This document shows, piece after piece, positions 43,460 through 54,667 of a stretch of 64,000 nt of DNA. Both the position numbers and the translations under genes were made by a program. The stretch comes from the human T2T-CHM13v2.0 reference genome, Homo sapiens. Location: the NCBI RefSeq assembly GCF_009914755.1, contig NC_060936.1; one strand, given 5' to 3'. The notes under the pieces were generated by a model. It was not told the origin of the DNA. It was given only the letters and a program-made list of their open reading frames with translations, and searched no databases. The stretch's first letter is position 1; every line of letters begins with the position of its first letter.

Positions 43460-44818
43460 CTTTACAAAGACAGTGTCTCCAAACTCCTCCATCAAAAGAA
43501 AGGTTATACTCTGTGAATTGAACGCACACATCACAAAGTAGTTTCTGAGAATGATTCTGTCTGGTTTTTATACGAAGATATTTCCTTTTCTACATTTGGC
43601 CTAAAAGCGCTTGAAATCTCCACCTGCAAATATCACAAAAAGAGGGTTTCACATCTGCTCTGTCTAAAGGACAGTTCACCTCTGTGAGTTGAATAGAGGC
43701 AACACAAAGAACTTACTCAGTATTCTTCTTTCTAGCGTTCTATGAAGAAATCCCGTTTCCAACGAAGGCCCCAAAGAGGTCCAAATATCTGCTTGCACAC
43801 TTTACAGACAGAGTGTTTCCAAACTACTCTATGAAAAGAAAGCTTAAACTCCTTGAGTTGAACGCACACATCACAAAGTAGTTTCTGAGAATGATTCTGT
43901 CCAGTTTTTATACGAAGATGTTTCCTTTTCTACATTTGGTCTCAAAGCGATTGAAATCTCCAACTGGAAACTGCACAAATAGGGTGTTTCAAATCTGCTC
44001 TGTCTAAAGGAAGGTTCAACTCTGTGAGTTGAATACACACACCACAAATAAGTTACTGAGAATTCTTGTGTCGAACATTACTTGAAGAAATCCCGTTTCC
44101 AACGAAGGCCTCAAAGAGGTCCAAATATTCACTTGCAGATATTACAAACAGAGTGTTTCCAAACTGCTCCATCAAAAGAAAGGTTAAACTCTGTGAGCTG
44201 AACACACACATCAAAAACAAGTTTCTGTGAATGATTCTGTCTAGATTTTATAAGAAGATGTTTCCTTTTCTACCGTAGGACTCAAAGCGCTTGAAATCTC
44301 CAGCTGCAAATTCCACAAAAAGGGTGTTTAACATCTGCTCTTCTAAAGGAAAGTTCAACTCTATGAGTTGAATACACACAGCACAAAGAAGTTACTGAGA
44401 CTTCTCCTATCAAACATTATATGAAGAAATCCCGTTTCCAACGAAGGCCTCAAAGAGGTCCAAATATCTGCTTGCAGACTTTAAAGACAGAGTTTTTCCA
44501 AACTGCTCCATCAAAAGAAAGGTTAAACTCCTTGAGTTGAACACACACATCACAAAGTAGTTTCTGTGAATGATTCTGTCTAGTTTCTATACGAAGATGT
44601 TTCCTTTTCTACGTTTGGTCTCAAAGCGATTGAAATCTCCACATGGAAACTCCACAAAAAGAGTGTTTCAAATCTGCTCTTTCTGAAGGAAGGTTCAACT
44701 CTGTGAGTTGAATACACACACCGCAAATAAGTTACTGAGAATTCTTCTGTGTAACATTATATGAGGAAATCCCGTTTCCAACGAAGGCCTCAAAGAGGTC
44801 CAAATATCCACTTGCAGA

Positions 44819-45837
44819 CTTTACAAAGACAGTGTCTCCAAACTCCTCCATCAAAAGAAAGGTTATACTCTGTGAATTGAACGCACACATCACAAAGTAG
44901 TTTCTGAGAATGATTCTGTCTAGTTTTTATACGAAGATATTTCCTTTTCTACATTTGGCCTAAAAGCGCTTGAAATCTCCACCTGCAAATATCACAAAAA
45001 GAGGGTTTCACATCTGCTCTGTCTAAAGGACAGTTCACCTCTGTGAGTTGAGTAGAGGCAACACAAAGAACTTACTCAGTATTCTTCTTTCTAGCGTTCT
45101 ATGAAGAAATCACGTTTCCAACGAAGGCCCCAATGAGGTCCAAATATCTGCTTGCAGACTTTACAGACAGAGTGTTTCCAAACTACTCTATGAAAAGAAA
45201 GCTTAAACTTCTTGAGTTGAACGCACACATCACAAAGTATTTTCTGAGAATGATTCTGTCTAGTTTTTATACGAAGATGTTTCTTTTTCTACATTTGGTC
45301 TCAAAGCGATTGAAATCTCCAACTGGAAACTGCACAAATAGGGTGTTTCAAATCTGCTCTGTCTAAAGGAAGGTTCAACTCTTTGAGTTGAATACACACA
45401 CCACAAATAAGTTACCGAGAATTCTTCTGTCGAACATTACTTGAAGAAATCCCGTTTCCAACGAAGGCCTCAAAGAGGTCCAAATATCCACTTGCAGACA
45501 TTACAAACAGAGTGTTTCCAAACTGCTCCATCAAAAGAAAGGTTTAACTCTGTGAGCTGAACACACACATCAAAAAGAAGTTTCTGTGAATGATTCTGTC
45601 TAGATTTTATAAGAAGATGTTTCCTTTTCTACCGTAGGCCACAAAGTGCTTGAAATCTCCAGCTGCAAATTCCACAAAAAGGGTGTTTAACATCTGCTCT
45701 TCTAAAGGAAAGTTCAACTCAATGAGTTGAATACACACAGCCCAAAGAAGTTACTGAGACTTCTCCTATCAAACATTATATGAAGAAATCCCGTTTCCAA
45801 CGAAGGCCTCAAAGAGGTCCAAATATCTGCTTGCAGA
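44819..45837 (-). repeat. 6-mer HOR variant (ABC)
   Basis: C to A junction at 45838. Confidence 0.9.
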
Positions 45838-47193
45838 CTTTACAAAGACAGTGTCTCCAAACTCCTCCATCAAAAGAAAGGTTATACTCTGTGAATTGAA
45901 CGCACACATCACAAAGTAGTTTCTGAGAATGATTCTGTCTAGTTTTTATACGAAGATATTTCCTTTTCTACATTTGGCCTAAAAGCGCTTGAAGTCTCCA
46001 CCTGCAAATATCACAAAAAGAGGGTTTCACATCTGCTCTGTCTAAAGGACAGTTCACCTTTGTGAGTTGAATAGAGGCAACACAAAGAACTTACTCAGTA
46101 TTCTTCTTTCTAGCGTTCTATGAAGAAATCCCGTTTCCAACGAAGGCCCCAAAGAGGTCCAAATATCTGCTTGCAGACTTTACAGACAGAGTGTTTCCAA
46201 ACTACTCTATGAAAAGAAAGGTTAAACTCCTTGAGTTGAACGCACACATCACAAAGTAGTTTCTGAGAATGATTCTGTCTAGTTTTTATGCGAAGATGTT
46301 TCCTTTTCTACATTTGGTCTCAAAGCGATTGAAATCTCCAACTGGAAACTGCACAAATAGGGTGTTTCAAATCTGCTCTGTCTAAAGGAAGGTTCAACTC
46401 TGTGAGTTGAATACACACACCACAAATAAGTTACTGAGAATTCTTCTGTCGAACATTACTTGAAGAAATCCCGTTTCCAACGAAGGCCTCAAAGAGGTCC
46501 AAATATCCACTTGCAGACATTACAAACAGAGTGTTTCCAAACTGCTCCATCAAAAGAAAGGTTAAACTCTGTGAGCTGAACACACACATCAAAAAGAAGT
46601 TTCTGTGAATGATTCTGTCAAGATTTTATAAGATGTTTCCATTTCTACCGTAGGACTCAAAGCGCTTGAAATCTCCAGCTGCAAATTCCACAAAAAGGGT
46701 GTTTAACATCTGCTCTTCTAAAGGAAAGTTCAACTCTATGAGTTGAATACACACAGCACAAAGAAGTTACTGAGACTTCTCCTATCAAACATTATATGAA
46801 GAAATCCCGTTTCCAACGAAGGCCTCAAAGAGGTCCAAATATCTGCTTGCAGACTTTAAAGACAGAGTTTTTCCAAACTGCTCCATCAAAAGAAAGGTTA
46901 AACTCCTTGAGTTGAACACACACATCACAAAGTAGTTTCTGTGAATGATTCTGTCTAGTTTTTATACGAAGATGTTTCCTTTTCTACCTTTGGTCTCAAA
47001 GCGATTGAAATCTCCACATGGAAACTCCACAAAAAGAGTGTTTCAAATCTGCTCTTTCTGAAGGAAGGTTCAACTCTGTGAGTTGAATACACACACCACA
47101 AATAAGTTACTGAGAATTCTTCTGTGTAACATTATATGAGGAAATCCCGTTTCCAACGAAGGCCTCAAAGAGGTCCAAATATCCACTTGCAGA

Positions 47194-48212
47194 CTTTACA
47201 AAGACAGTGTCTCCAAACTCCTCCATCAAAAGAAAGGTTATACTCTGTGAATTGAACGCACACATCACAAAGTAGTTTCTGAGAATGATTCTGTCTAGTT
47301 TTTATACGAAGATATTTCCTTTTCTACATTTGGCCTAAAAGCGCTTGAAATCTCCACCTGCAAATATCACAAAAAGAGGGTTTCACATCTGCTCTGTCTA
47401 AAGGACAGTTCACCTCTGTGAGTTGAGTAGAGGCAACACAAAGAACTTACTCAGTATTCTTCTTTCTAGCGTTCTATGAAGAAATCACGTTTCCAACGAA
47501 GGCCCCAAAGAGGTCCAAATATCTGCTTGCAGACTTTACAGACAGAGTGTTTCCAAACTACTCTATGAAAAGAAAGCTTAAACTTCTTGAGTTGAACGCA
47601 CACATCACAAAGTAGTTTCTGAGAATGATTCTGTCTAGTTGTTATACGAAGATGTTTCCTTTTCTACATTTGGTCTCAAAGCGATTGAAATCTCCAACTG
47701 GAAACTGCACAAATAGGGTGTTTCAAATCTGCTCTGTCTAAAGGAAGGTTCAACTCTTTGAGTTGAATACACACACCACAAATAGGTTACTGAGAATTCT
47801 TCTGTCGAACATTACTTGAAGAAATCCCGTTTCCAACGAAGGCCTCAAAGAGGTCCAAATATCGACTTGCAGACATTACAAACAGAGTGTTTCCAAACTG
47901 CTCCATCAAAAGAAAGGTTAAACTCTGTGAGCTGAACACACACATCAAAAAGAAGTTTCTGTGAATGATTCTGTCTAGATTTTATAAGAAGATGTTTCCT
48001 TTTCTACCGTAGGCCTCAAAGTGCTTGAAATCTCCAGCTGCAAATTCCACAAAAAGGGTGTTTAACATCTGCTCTTCTAAAGGAAAGTTCAACTCAATGA
48101 GTTGAATACACACAGCCCAAAGAAGTTACTGAGATTTCTCCTATCAAACATTATATGAAGAAATCCCGTTTCCAACGAAGGCCTCAAAGAGGTCCAAATA
48201 TCTGCTTGTAGA
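47194..48212 (-). repeat. 6-mer HOR variant (ABC)
   Basis: C to A junction at 48213. Confidence 0.9.
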
Positions 48213-50930
48213 CTTTACAAAGACAGTGTCTCCAAACTCCTCCATCAAAAGAAAGGTTATACTCTGTGAATTGAACGCACACATCACAAAGTAGTTTCTG
48301 AGAATGATTCTGTCTAGTTTTTATACGAAGATATTTCCTTTTCTACATTTGGCCTAAAAGCGCTTGAAGTCTCCACCTGCAAATATCACAAAAAGAGGGT
48401 TTCACATCTGCTCTGTCTAAAGGACAGTTCACCTTTGTGAGTTGAATAGAGGCAACACAAAGAACTTACTCAGTATTCTTCTTTCTAGCGTTCTATGAAG
48501 AAATCCCGTTTCCAACGAAGGCCCCAAAGAGGTCCAAATATCTGCTTGCAGACTTTACAGACACAGTGTTTCCAAACTACTCTATGAAAAGAAAGCTTAA
48601 ACTCCTTGAGTTGAACGCACACATCACAAAGTAGTTTCTGAGAATGATTCTGTCTAGTTTTTATACGAAGATGTTTCCTTTTCTACATTTGGTCTCAAAG
48701 CGATTGAAATCTCCAACTGGAAACTGCAGAAATAGGGTGTTTCAAATCTGCTCTGTCTAAAGGAAGGTTCAACTCTGTGAGTTGAATACACACACCACAA
48801 ATAAGTTACTGAGAATTCTTCTGTCGAACATTACTTGAAGAAATCCCGTTTCCAACGAAGGCCTCAAAGAGGTCCAAATATCCACTTGCAGACATTACAA
48901 ACAGAGTGTTTCCAAACTGCTCCATCAAAAGAAAGGTTAAACTCTGTGAGCTGAACACACACATCAAAAAGAAGTTTCTGTGAATGATTCTGTCTAGATT
49001 TTATAAGAAGATATTTCCTTTTCTACCGTAGGCCACAAAGCGCTTGAAATCTCCAGCTGCAAATTCCACAAAAAGGGTGTTTAACATCTGCTCTTCTAAA
49101 GGAAAGTTCAACTCTATGCGTTGAATACACACAGCACAAAGAAGTTACTGAGACTTCTCCTATCAAACATTATATGAAGAAATCCCGTTTCCAACGAAGG
49201 CCTCAAAGAGGTCCAAATATCTGCTTGCAGACTTTAAAGACAGAGTTTTTCCAAACTGCTCCATCAAAAGAAAGGTTAAACTCCTTGAGTTGAACACACA
49301 CATCACAAAGTAGTTTCTGTGAATGATTCTGTCTAGTTTTTATACGAAGATGTTTCCTTTTCTACCTTTGGTCTCAAAGCGATTGAAATCTCCACATGGA
49401 AACTCCACAAAAAGAGTGTTTCAAATCTGCTCTTTCTGAAGGAAGGTTCAACTCTGTGAGTTGAATACACACACCACAAATAAGTTACTGAGAATTCTTC
49501 TGTGTAACATTATATGAGGAAATCCCGTTTCCAACGAAGGCCTCAAAGAGGTCCAAATATCCACTTGCAGACTTTACAAAGACAGTGTCTCCAAACTCCT
49601 CCATCAAAAGAAAGGTTATACTCTGTGAATTGAACGCACACATCACAAAGTAGTTTCTGAGAATGATTCTGTCTAGTTTTTATACGAAGATATTTCCTTT
49701 TCTACATTTGGCCTAAAAGCGCTTGAAATCTCCACCTGCAAATATCACAAAAAGAGGGTTTCACAACTGCTCTGTCTAAAGGACAGTTCACCTCTGTGAG
49801 TTGAGTAGAGGCAACACAAAGAACTTACTCAGTATTCTTCTTTCTAGCGTTCTATGAAGAAATCACGTTTCCAACGAAGGCCCCAATGAGGTCCAAATAT
49901 CTGCTTGCAGACTTTACAGACAGAGTGTTTCCAAACTACTCTATGAAAAGAAAGCTTAAACTTCTTGAGTTGAACGCACACATCACAAAGTAGTTTCTGA
50001 GAATGATTCTGTCTAGTTTTTATACGAAGATGTTTCCTTTTCTACATTTGGTCTCAAAGCGATTGAAATCTCCAACTGGAAACTGCACAAATAGGGTGTT
50101 TCAAATCTGCTCTGTCTAAAGGAAGGTTCAACTCTTTGAGTTGAATACACACACCACAAATAAGTTACTGAGAATTCTTCTGTCGAACATTACTTGAAGA
50201 AATCCCGTTTCCAACGAAGGCCTCAAAGAGGTCCAAATATCCACTTGCAGACATTACAAACAGAGTGTTTCCAAACTGCTCCATCAAAAGAAAGGTTAAA
50301 CTCTGTGAGCTGAACACACACATCAAAAAGAAGTTTCTGTGAATGATTCTGTCTAGATTTTATAAGAAGATGTTTCCTTTTCTACCGTAGGCCTCAAAGC
50401 GCTTGAAATCTCCAGCTGCAAATTCCACAAAAATGGTGTTTAACATCTGCCCTTCTAAAGGAAAGTTCAACTCTACGAGTTGAATACACACAGCACAAAG
50501 AAGTTACTGAGACTTCTCCTATCAAACATTATATGAAGAAATCCCGTTTCCAACGAAGGCCTCAAAGAGGTCCAAATATCTGCTTGCAGACTTTACAGAC
50601 AGAGTGTTTCCAAACTGCTCCATCAAAAGAAAGGTTAAACTCCTTGAGTTGAACACACACATCACAAAGTAGTTTCTGTGAATGATTCTGTCTAGTTTTT
50701 ATACGAAGATGTTTCCTTTTCTACCTTTGGTCTCAAAGCGATTGAAATCTCCACATGGAAACTCCACAAAAAGAGTGTTTCAAATCTGCTCTTTCTGAAG
50801 GAAGGTTCAACTCTGTGAGTTGAATACACACACCACAAATAAGTTACTGAGAATTCTTCTGTGTAACATTATATGAGGAAATCCCGTTTCCAACGAAGGC
50901 CTCAAAGAGGTCCAAATATCCACTTGCAGA

Positions 50931-51950
50931 CTTTACAAAGACAGTGTCTCCAAACTCCTCCATCAAAAGAAAGGTTATACTCTGTGAATTGAACGCACAC
51001 ATCACAAAGTAGTTTCTGAGAATGATTCTGTCTAGTTTTTATACGAAGATATTTCCTTTTCTACATTTGGCCTAAAAGCGCTTGAAATCTCCACCTGCAA
51101 ATATCACAAAAAGAGGGTTTCACATCTGCTCTGTCTAAAGGACAGTTCACCTCTGTGAGTTGAATAGAGGCAACACAAAGAACTTACTCAGTATTCTTCT
51201 TTCTAGCATTCTATGAAGAAATCCCGTTTCCAACGTAGGCCCCAAAGAGGTCCAAATATCTGCTTGCAGACTTTACAAAGACAGTGTCTCCAAACTCCTC
51301 CATCAAAAGAAAGGTTATACTCTGTGAATTGAACGCACACATCACAAAGTAGTTTCTGAGAATGATTCTGTCTAGTTTTTATATGAAGATATTTCCTTTT
51401 CTACATTTGGCCTAAAAGCGCTTGAAATCTCCACCTGCAAATATCACAAAAACAGGGTTTCACATCTGCTCTGTCTAAAGGACAGTTCACCTCTGTGAGT
51501 TGAATAGAGGCAACACAAAGAACTTACTCAGTATTCTTCTTTCTAACGTTCTATGAAGAAATCCCGTTTCCAACGAAGGCCTCAAAGAGGTCCAAATATC
51601 TGCTTGCAGACTTTACAGACAGAGTGTTTCCAAACTACTCTATGAAAAGAAAGCTTAAACTCCTTGAGTTGAACGCACACATCACAAAGTAGTTTCTGAG
51701 AATGATTCTGTCTAGTTTTTATACGAAGATGTTTCCTTTTCTACATTTGGTCTCAAAGCGATTGAAATCTCCAACTGGAAACTGCACAAATAGGGTGTTT
51801 CAAATCTGCTCTGTCTAAAGGAAGGTTCAACTCTGTGAGTTGAATACACACACCACAAATAAGTTACTGAGAATTCTTCTGTCGAACATTACTTGAAGAA
51901 ATCCCGTTTCCAACGAAGGCCTCAAAGAGGTCCAAATATCCACTTGCAGA
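50931..51950 (-). repeat. Irregular unit A-A-B (a 2-mer plus a 4-mer)
   Basis: A starts at 50931 and 51271, B at 51611, then A again at 51951. Confidence 0.9.
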
Positions 51951-53309
51951 CTTTACAAAGACAGTGTCTCCAAACTCCTCCATCAAAAGAAAGGTTATAC
52001 TCTGTGAATTGAACGCACACATCACAAAGTAGTTTCTGAGAATGATTCTGTCTAGTTTTTATACGAAGATATTTCCTTTTCTACATTTGGCCTAAAAGCG
52101 CTTGAAATCTCCACCTGCAAATATCACAAAAAGAGGGTTTCACATCTGCTCTGTCTAAAGGACAGTTCACCTCTGTGAGTTGAATAGAGGCAACACAAAG
52201 AACTTACTCAGTATTCTTCTTTCTAGCGTTCTATGAAGAAATCCCGTTTCCAACGAAGACCCCAATGAGGTCCAAATATCTGCTTGCAGACTTTACAGAC
52301 AGAGTGTTTCCAAACTACTCTATGAAAAGAAAGCTTAAACTCCTTGAGTTGAACGCACACATCACAAAGTAGTTTCTGAGAATGATGCTGTCGAGTTTTT
52401 GTACGAAGATGTTTCCTTTTCTACATTTGGTCTCAAAGCGATTGAAATCTCCAACTGGAAACTGCACAAATAGGGTGTTTCAAATCTGCTCTCTCTAAAG
52501 GAAGGTTCAACTCTGTGAGTTGAATACACACACCACAAATAAGTTACTGAGAATTCTTCTGTCGAACATTACAGGAAGAAATCCCGTTTCCAACGAAGGC
52601 CTCAAAGAGGTCCAAATATCCACTTGCAGACATTACAAACAGAGTGTTTCCAAACTGCTCCATCAAAAGAAAGGTTAAACTCTGTGAGCTGAACACACAC
52701 ATCAAAAAGAAGTTTCTGTGAATGATTCTGTCTAGATTTTATAAGAAGATGTTTCCTTTTCTACCGTAGGCCTCAAAGCGCTTGAAATCTCCAGCTGCAA
52801 ATTCCACAAAAAGGGTGTTTAACATCAGCTCTTCTAAAGGAAAGTTCAACTCTATGAGTTGAATACACACAGCACAAAGAAGTTACTGAGACTTCTCCTA
52901 TCAAACATTATATGAAGAAATCCCGTTTCCAACGAAGGCCTCAAAGAGGTCCAAATATCTGCTTGCAGACTTTACAGACAGAGTGTTTCCAAACTGCTCC
53001 ATCAAAAGAAAGGTTAAACTCCTTGAGTTGAACACACACATCACAAAGTAGTTTCTGTGAATGATTCTGTCTAGTTTTTATACGAAGATGTTTCCTTTTC
53101 TACCTTTGGTCTCAAAGCGATTGAAATCTCCACATGGAAACTCCACAAAAAGAGTGTTTCAAATCTGCTCTTTCTGAAGGAAGGTTCAACTCTGTGAGTT
53201 GAATACAGACACCACAAATAAGTTACTGAGAATTCTTCTGTGTAACATTATATGAGGAAATCCCGTTTCCAACGAAGGCCTCAAAGAGGTCCAAATATCC
53301 ACTTGCAGA

Positions 53310-54667
53310 CTTTACAAAGACAGTGTCTCCAAACTCCTCCATCAAAAGAAAGGTTATACTCTGTGAATTGAACGCACACATCACAAAGTAGTTTCTGAGA
53401 ATGATTCTGTCTAGTTTTTATACGAAGATATTTCCTTTTCTACATTTGGCCTAAAAGCGCTTGAAATCTCCACCTGCAAATATCACAAAAAGAGGGTTTC
53501 ACATCTGCTCTGTCTAAAGGACAGTTCACCTCTGTGAGTTGAATAGAGGCAACACAAAGAACTTACTCAGTATTCTTCTTTCTAGCGTTCTATGAAGAAA
53601 TCCCGTTTCCAACGAAGGCCCCAAAGAGGTCCAAATATCTGCTTGCAGACTTTACAGACAGAGTGTTTCCAAACTACTCTATGAAAAGAAAGCTTAAACT
53701 CCTTGAGTTGAACGCACACATCACAAAGTAGTTTCTGAGAATGATTCTGTCTAGTTTTTATTCGAAGATGTTTCCTTTTCTACATTTGGTCTCAAAGCGA
53801 TTGAAATCTCCACCTGGAAACTGCACAAATAGGGTGTATCAAATCTGCTCTGTCTAAAGAAGGTTCAACTCTGTGAGTTGAATACACACACCACAAATAA
53901 GTTACTGAGAATTCTTCTGTCGAACATTACTTGAAGAAATCCCGTTTCCAACGAAGGCCTCAAAGAGGTCCAAATATCTGCTTGCAGACTTTACAGACAG
54001 AGTGTTTCCAAACTACTCTATGAAAAGAAAGCTTAAACTCCTTGAGTTGAACGCACACATCACAAAGTAGTTTCTGAGAATGATTCTGTCTAGTTTTTAT
54101 ACGAAGATGTTTCCTTTTCTACATTTGGTCTCAAAGCGATTGAAATCTCCAACTGGAAACTGCACAAATAGGGTGTTTCAAATCTGCTCTGTCTAAAGGA
54201 AGGTTCAACTCTTTGAGTTGAATACACACACCACAAATAAGTTACTGAGAATTCTTCTGTCGAACATTACTTGAAGAAATCCCGTTTCCAACGAAGGCCT
54301 CAAAGCGGTCCAAATATCGACTTGCAGACATTACAAACAGAGTGTTTCCAAACTGCTCCATCAATAGAAAGGTTAAACTCTGTGAGCTGAACACACACAT
54401 CAAAAAGGAGTTTCTGTGAATGATTCTGTCTAGATTTTATAAGAAGATGTTTCCTTTTCTACTGTAGGCCTCAAAGCGCTTGAAATCTCCAGCTGCAAAT
54501 TCCACAAAAAGGGTGTTTAACATCTGCTCTTCTAAAGGAAAGTTCAACTCAATGAGTTGAATACACACAGCACAAAGAAGTTACTGAGACTTCTCCTATC
54601 AAACATCATATGAAGAAATCCCGTTTCCAACGAAGGCCTCAAAGAGGTCCAAATATCTGCTTGCAGA
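53310..54667 (-). repeat. Irregular unit A-B-B-C (tandem B, no D)
   Basis: A at 53310, B at 53650 (1-bp deletion, tctaaagaagg), B at 53989, C at 54329, next A at 54668. Confidence 0.9.

Noticed and set aside
45133-45366. 77-aa ORF
   Set aside because: Created by SNVs (aag to atg start, tag to tat read-through) in one B dimer; not a credible gene.
46218-46226. Loss of the HindIII site in one B dimer (aaagctt to aaaggtt)
   Set aside because: A single substitution towards the allele in the other dimers; point mutation and micro-conversion cannot be distinguished.
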